Source: Candidatus Levyibacteriota bacterium (lineage in GTDB: Bacteria > Patescibacteriota > Microgenomatia > Levybacterales > UBA12049). Taken from it: DNA of 64,000 bases. The stretch is from positions 930 to 64,929 of the forward strand of contig JACROF010000003.1 of the NCBI GenBank assembly GCA_016214555.1, written 5' to 3'. Every line of letters begins with the position of its first letter. The first letter of the stretch is position 1. The notes below the pieces were generated by a model. The model searched no databases. It was given only the letters and a program-made list of their open reading frames with translations, and was not told the origin of the DNA. Both the position numbers and the translations under genes were made by a program. Of the stretch, positions 58,970-64,000 are shown piece after piece.

Positions 58970-59983
58970 CTACTTAATAAATTGGCTTGTGTATGCTTTA
59001 ACAACATCAAATTCATCGCTAACTAATTTTGAGCTTTTAGCAAGATCAGCAATCTGACTCCAAATAATAAAGCTCATATCGCCAATTGCCTGCCCACCAG
59101 ACGGCCTAATAAGAGGTGCGCTTTGTTCAAGGATATGCTTTTGTCTATCGGGATCAGCGTAGTCAGAATTTTGATACTTTTCAACAATGCGTAGAGCCTC
59201 TTCAGGGTCATCAAGCGCCTGCTCCCAACCAGAAATCGTCGCCTGGACAAAAGCTTTAACCATCTCAGGATTTTTACTTATCAGACTATCTGTTGTGACA
59301 ATGGTATCTCCATATCCAGAGATACCAAAACGCTCAGGCAGAAGGAGATTAATATCTACTCCCTTCTCTTTCATTATGTATGGCTGATCGGTTCGATACA
59401 GATCAATAAGATCAACGCGCTTCTTAAGCAGATCATCGGCTTCATCCATCTGGTAATCAACATCCTTAATTCTGACATCTGAGCTTGTTAATTTGTAGCT
59501 TTGCATCAACGACCTGTATTTGACTTTTGCCTCTTGATTTCCCCCTTTTGCTCCTATTGTCTTTCCTTTAAAATCAGCTGGTGATGTAATATGGGATGAC
59601 TTTAGGCTAGCAAAGGCCAATGGGGATGTTTGATAAATAGCAGCGATTGCTTTGATTTGATCTCCCTGATCAACGGCTGTGATAACCTCCAGTGGCGTAA
59701 CTAACGTAAAATCTGACTGACCTTCCTTTAGCTCCTCAAGACTTTTTAAATTTTCCTCATACTCCTTTAGCTCAACATCAAGCCCAGCTTTTTCATAAAG
59801 CCCTTTCTCCTTTGCCACATAAAATCCTGCAAATTGAGCCTGATGCAACCAGGCCAGTCTAACAGTAACTTTCTGAAGCGGCTTACGATTGAGTGAAAAA
59901 TTAAAGCTGTTCGTCTGATAGATCAGAAACCCCAACCCTAACAGGAGTAAAAATGAACAAATAATAACTGCGTATTTAAGCAT
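58970..59983 (-). CDS. NMT1/THI5-like substrate-binding protein
   Basis: L.WLHQAQFAGFYVA.EKG.Y...GLDV, DFKGK.IG. Confidence 0.9.
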   Translation of the reverse strand: MLKYAVIICSFLLLLGLGFLIYQTNSFNFSLNRKPLQKVTVRLAWLHQAQFAGFYVAKEKGLYEKAGLDVELKEYEENLKSLEELKEGQSDFTLVTPLEVITAVDQGDQIKAIAAIYQTSPLAFASLKSSHITSPADFKGKTIGAKGGNQEAKVKYRSLMQSYKLTSSDVRIKDVDYQMDEADDLLKKRVDLIDLYRTDQPYIMKEKGVDINLLLPERFGISGYGDTIVTTDSLISKNPEMVKAFVQATISGWEQALDDPEEALRIVEKYQNSDYADPDRQKHILEQSAPLIRPSGGQAIGDMSFIIWSQIADLAKSSKLVSDEFDVVKAYTSQFIK

Positions 59984-60054
59984 CGTATATCCATGATCAC
60001 ACTAATTTATATAAAAGTAAAGCGGCTCACTTGGGGAGATATGAAGCTAGTTTC

Positions 60055-60882
60055 CTACTTCTTGCTTTTCGATTCGACTGCAAGCTTGCCAGCTATAGCG
60101 TGCTGGGCATCCTTAACGATAAGTCCAAAGGAAAGAAGGCCATAAGCAAAAAATAAATAAGCTGTAATCCACAAAATATCTATTCCTTCATAATATGGCC
60201 ACAACTGTTCTCCATACTGCACATAAAAAAATGTAAAGAAAATATCAGCGACAAGCTGTACAATCATGCCTATAAAAATGGCAAGCCAAGGCAAGAACAT
60301 CTTTCCCCCCCTATACTCAACTGCCATCATTAAAACCACAATAAGTGTCATTAACAATATAAGATCCCAAACTCCGTATGCAACCGAAACAAAATTAACA
60401 AACCAGGAAGCCGTTGGGTCAATAGCAAGATAAAATCCAAAGTAAAAAATTACTACCCCTATAACAAATCCAATAGCTAAAAGTGCCAATTTATAAGGAG
60501 TTCTAAATGAAACCTTTCTTTGGACAATTTCATGAAGCAGACCAGCTAAAATGAAAAAGTAACCCGTAAGAATAAACAGATCTGCTAAAGAAGGGTACTC
60601 ATCAATGCCTAATACAAATGTATTTATGCTATATGTTGTAGAGCCAATCATCCATAGAAAAAATCCTATTATTAAAATTAAGACTGTTTTTCCTGTTATA
60701 TTACCCAGGCCATATTTGATCACCGTAAAAATTCCGCTTACGATTATCGTAATTTCACCAAGAATAAACAATGCGCTTCGCAACAAATCGTGAGACTGCC
60801 AACCATTTTGGAATGAATAAATATAGACACTTATCACCCACATGCATATAAGTCCAACAATAAATAGTGTTCTGTTTTTCAT
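60055..60882 (-). CDS. Polytopic membrane protein, possible sensory module
   Basis: 7-8 TMs; YPSLAD.F...GY and D..W..AY motifs. Confidence 0.7.
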   Translation of the reverse strand: MKNRTLFIVGLICMWVISVYIYSFQNGWQSHDLLRSALFILGEITIIVSGIFTVIKYGLGNITGKTVLILIIGFFLWMIGSTTYSINTFVLGIDEYPSLADLFILTGYFFILAGLLHEIVQRKVSFRTPYKLALLAIGFVIGVVIFYFGFYLAIDPTASWFVNFVSVAYGVWDLILLMTLIVVLMMAVEYRGGKMFLPWLAIFIGMIVQLVADIFFTFFYVQYGEQLWPYYEGIDILWITAYLFFAYGLLSFGLIVKDAQHAIAGKLAVESKSKK

Positions 60883-60885
60883 ATG

Positions 60886-61101
60886 CTAGTTTTTAACTCC
60901 CTCTATTTTTTCAGTGAGTTTTGTCATGCGTTTTCTTGCCTGCTGTTTTCCAACGACTTCTGTGAGGAGTTCTTCAAGTGATACCTTAATTACCTCAGAT
61001 GGTTTGTCTTTATAAAATTCGCTGTACATTGTAGCGGTTTTTTTTCCAAGAGTATCAGCGATTTCCTCCACTGCTAGCTGCCGAAAGTGTGCTATATCCA
61101 T
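60886..61101 (-). CDS. Small helical hypothetical protein
   Basis: First gene of the signalling cluster. Confidence 0.65.
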   Translation of the reverse strand: MDIAHFRQLAVEEIADTLGKKTATMYSEFYKDKPSEVIKVSLEELLTEVVGKQQARKRMTKLTEKIEGVKN

Positions 61102-61287
61102 ACTTTAATTAAGTAAAATTAATTCTTAAATGTCAACAGAGAATGAATAGTTTAATAAATTGACCTAATTAACCTAATTCCTAATTTACCTAATCAAATC
61201 TCAATCAACCAAAATCTAAATTGTTAACGATTTATTGCTTGGTCATTTTTTAGGTTAATTAGAATAATTAGAAATTAGAAATTTCAA

Positions 61288-62883
61288 TTACTCCAGCTGT
61301 CTTGCAATATATTTTGAGACCAGGAGGGCTGGAACTATTGAGAAGACGAGAAGAAATGCAGCGATAATAAAAGTAAGCTCAATTGATTTTGCTGCAGCCG
61401 CAAGTACGCCAACCTGCCTGCTTCCTACAAAAAGCATACCAACGGGGTTATCATCGATATCTTTAAGAGGAAAATAAGAGGCAAAGTATGAAACATTGGC
61501 AAAAGAGACACCCGTACTTAACGCCTCACCTTTGTCCAAGACGGTAGCTTTCACCGATTTATTTTCCTCAGCAATACCCGTTAGCCTCGTCTTTCCATCA
61601 GCCGCAAGGAGTGTAGTTGCAGAAATATGATTACCTCCATACATCGATGCTTCAAGTCCTGTTGTCTTTTTCATATTGTCTACAAATGCATCATCCACAC
61701 TGACACCTGTCATCACAGCACCAATTACCCCACCATCACTTTTAATAGGCGCTGCGCCCCTGATACTGATCTGAGGAGAAATTACTCCATCTTTTGAGAT
61801 AATTGAAGCAGCCAATTCTCCAAGTAACGCTTTTTTAATCAACGAGTCATCTGACAATGAGTCTTTGCTATGCTCTTTATCCTCTCCTCGAACCAATACT
61901 TGCCCGTTGGCATCAGTTATGACCAAAAAACTTTCTTTTTTTGCCAACAAATAGCTCTCACTTATCTCAAAAAGCTGACTGAGAGAACGATCATTTACTA
62001 GTTGAATAACCTGCTCATTTTGGGCAAATGCCTGGGCGTCAGAGGTAACTTCTCCTTTTTTACTCTCGACTACCAACCCCAAAACTTTAACGTCTGAGGT
62101 GAGATGAGAAAGAGTATCATTTTCAAGTTGCTTAACCAGAAGCGCTGTAAAAGAAACAGTCGTGAGTAAAAATATAACTAGAATACAGGATGAAAAAAGA
62201 ATAAAAAGCTGAGATTGAAAACGTTTTAAGAGATATCCAAATGCCCATTTTCCAAGAACAATTGTTACTGCTAAAAGGACAAGATGCTGGACTACCCACA
62301 CAATACCAAAAGGAGCAACGAGATTAAAAAGCGCTGCGTTACTGGTATTTTGAAAAAGAGTCGTTGCTGAGAGCAACTCAGAAATAGATAATATAAAAAA
62401 AGAAAGGGAAACTGGCTTAATGTGATCCTCAAGACCAACTGTCGAACGCCTAAGATACAAAAATCCTGTCACCACAGCCAAAATGGGGAAAAAAAGCTGA
62501 ACAGAAAATACGCCTGAAAAAAGCGTTAATGGCAACACAACCGAATCTGTTTTTTTAGTTCTCGTGTGTGGCTTTGGCAACAACGGCTCGATAACAAGAC
62601 TAATAATTAAGAAAAAATAGCCTAGAATTCTCACAAAGCCTAAAAGAGTTAGGCTCAATTTTTCACTCAAAATAGGTGAGGTTAAAATCGTGGACTCAAT
62701 ATGAATTGCTGAAATAACAAAAGAGATAGCCAAAAATAAAAATCCTAGCCATCTGGCGACTTCTTTTAGCCTCCTTCTCTCTGACCAGGCGTCAAAATAG
62801 AGCCAAAAAACAGCAAAAAATATCAAAGCTGCTGCTAGGTTGATAGCAAAATGAAAATTTTCTAAAAAAAATTGTAACCACAT
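61288..62883 (-). CDS. Multi-TM protein with Cache domain
   Basis: N-terminal TMs, then dCache-like region (PVGMLFVG), final TM, no output domain. Confidence 0.8.
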   Translation of the reverse strand: MWLQFFLENFHFAINLAAALIFFAVFWLYFDAWSERRRLKEVARWLGFLFLAISFVISAIHIESTILTSPILSEKLSLTLLGFVRILGYFFLIISLVIEPLLPKPHTRTKKTDSVVLPLTLFSGVFSVQLFFPILAVVTGFLYLRRSTVGLEDHIKPVSLSFFILSISELLSATTLFQNTSNAALFNLVAPFGIVWVVQHLVLLAVTIVLGKWAFGYLLKRFQSQLFILFSSCILVIFLLTTVSFTALLVKQLENDTLSHLTSDVKVLGLVVESKKGEVTSDAQAFAQNEQVIQLVNDRSLSQLFEISESYLLAKKESFLVITDANGQVLVRGEDKEHSKDSLSDDSLIKKALLGELAASIISKDGVISPQISIRGAAPIKSDGGVIGAVMTGVSVDDAFVDNMKKTTGLEASMYGGNHISATTLLAADGKTRLTGIAEENKSVKATVLDKGEALSTGVSFANVSYFASYFPLKDIDDNPVGMLFVGSRQVGVLAAAAKSIELTFIIAAFLLVFSIVPALLVSKYIARQLE

Positions 62884-62933
62884 AAAATTAACTCAAAATT
62901 AAAAAGTCAAATGTCAAAAGTTAAAGTAAAAAG

Positions 62934-63057
62934 TCAAAAGCTCTTTGCCTTCAGCTTTATAACCCCAGCTCCTAACATTTTACTTATCTGCACTACCTCA
63001 TCTAATAAAAAATTTATCTTATCAGCGAATTTTGAATTTTGAATTGTAATTTTGCAT
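62934..63057 (-). pseudogene. Internally deleted four-helix-bundle (23S rRNA IVP-like) gene remnant
   Basis: ATG CAA AAT TAC AAT TCA AAA TTC (MQNYNSKFK) joined out of frame to ADKINFLLDEVVQISKMLGAGVIKLKAKSF*; flanked by heptamer repeats. Confidence 0.6.
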
Positions 63058-63087
63058 TTTGATTTTTGCCTTTTGACTTTTAAGCGC

Positions 63088-64000
63088 TCAGAAATTACTT
63101 GTAATTTCCTGTGCGCTAAGTATTCCCTTCTTAATTCCAGTAATTATCCCCTTTCTATCTAAGAATACATGTGTCGGTAGCGATTGTAAATTGAGTGGTG
63201 TGACGAGTGTCCCGTCAGGATCTGCATACATGGGGAGGCTATATCCTCCACGTTTTTTGTAAAGTGCTATCTTTGAAGCGCTTTCTTGGGGAAAAATCGT
63301 AACGACTTTCAGTCCTGAATCCGAGAGCTTTTCCAGTATTTTTATTTGTTCAGATGAAGCCGGATGCCATGTATTGATAAACGCTACAAGATATGGTTTG
63401 CCACGAAAATCTAAAGTTTTGACCACTTTTGTCCCCTCAAATAGGTCTGCCTCAGGGATTTCTTTCCCCAAAAGGCTTTTCTGATTCTCTGATAAAGATC
63501 CATTCACACCTAATGCTGTTTTGATTTCTCCTGTTGTAATCTCAAAATCGGGTATCGGAAGACTGATGCCAAAAAAAGTAAATGTTCTTGCTTTTTCAAG
63601 CACAATATCACCATTTATTGGAGAACTTTTATTTAGCTTAAAAATATCGCTTCGAAATGTCCTAAATCCTCCCTTACGGACTTCCAGATAATAAGACCCA
63701 GATGGCAAAAATAGCATATAATCCCCATCAGCAGTCGTTTTTTGAGGATTGGATTGACTGTACGCTTTGCCATCCCACAACACAAATTGCTTACCAACAG
63801 GATCATAATAAAAGACAGAAACCTCTGCATCTTTGATCAGTTGTGAACCAAACTTGACTCGCCCAGTGTCAAGAACAGTTACCTCTCCTATGACTCTTTT
63901 GGTCGTATTTGAAGCTCCGTCTAGTGAGTTGGCAGTAAGCGAATAATTCCCAGCCTCCTCAAAAGACAAAACCCCACTCCACAAACCACTATCCGCATTT
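63088..64000 (-). CDS. Ig/carboxypeptidase-regulatory-like plus TlpA/thioredoxin-like protein (5' truncated by window)
   Basis: Q.NPQ.T..DG.Y...LP.G.Y; DFRGK..LV.F..TW.P; LPTHVFLD..G.I; the CxxC site reads HPAS. Confidence 0.75.
   Translation of the reverse strand, partial: NADSGLWSGVLSFEEAGNYSLTANSLDGASNTTKRVIGEVTVLDTGRVKFGSQLIKDAEVSVFYYDPVGKQFVLWDGKAYSQSNPQKTTADGDYMLFLPSGSYYLEVRKGGFRTFRSDIFKLNKSSPINGDIVLEKARTFTFFGISLPIPDFEITTGEIKTALGVNGSLSENQKSLLGKEIPEADLFEGTKVVKTLDFRGKPYLVAFINTWHPASSEQIKILEKLSDSGLKVVTIFPQESASKIALYKKRGGYSLPMYADPDGTLVTPLNLQSLPTHVFLDRKGIITGIKKGILSAQEITSNF

Overview
AT-rich bacterial chromosome segment that I infer comes from Patescibacteria/CPR, most likely Microgenomates. 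The inference rests on gene content, the 16S 5' variant, pervasive leaderless genes, in-frame palindromic and heptamer insertions, and stand-alone LytR_C and DUF5667-type proteins. It begins with the 5' end of a 16S rRNA gene on the minus strand. Next come housekeeping genes (udg, prs, trmH-like, topA, dprA, mrdA-mreD-mreC-mreB, def, fmt, rpmB), a 6S-RNA-like hairpin and a tRNA cluster (Thr-Tyr-Thr-rpmG-Trp). An ~11.8 kb accessory block separates trnW from secE-nusG-rplK-rplA. Then follow rplJ-rplL with an L10 leader, a second accessory block (39.4-45.6 kb), and envelope and signalling genes. Main oddities: (1) a complete tRNA-Thr(UGU) nested inside the anticodon of a second, compensatorily diverged tRNA-Thr, bounded by a GC-rich inverted repeat; (2) thirteen accessory, SD-led transcription units sharing a promoter / (hairpin) / boxA-like / SD / ORF / terminator layout that mirrors the rRNA leader, while many core genes look leaderless; (3) a tandem array of diverged paralogous ORFans; (4) a PurD-like ATP-grasp plus HExxE gene pair; (5) a membrane operon with three paralogous N-terminal modules; (6) a RAYT-like transposase lacking its catalytic Tyr; (7) a heptamer-flanked four-helix-bundle gene remnant. 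All calls come from reading the sequence by eye; no searches or folding programs were run.
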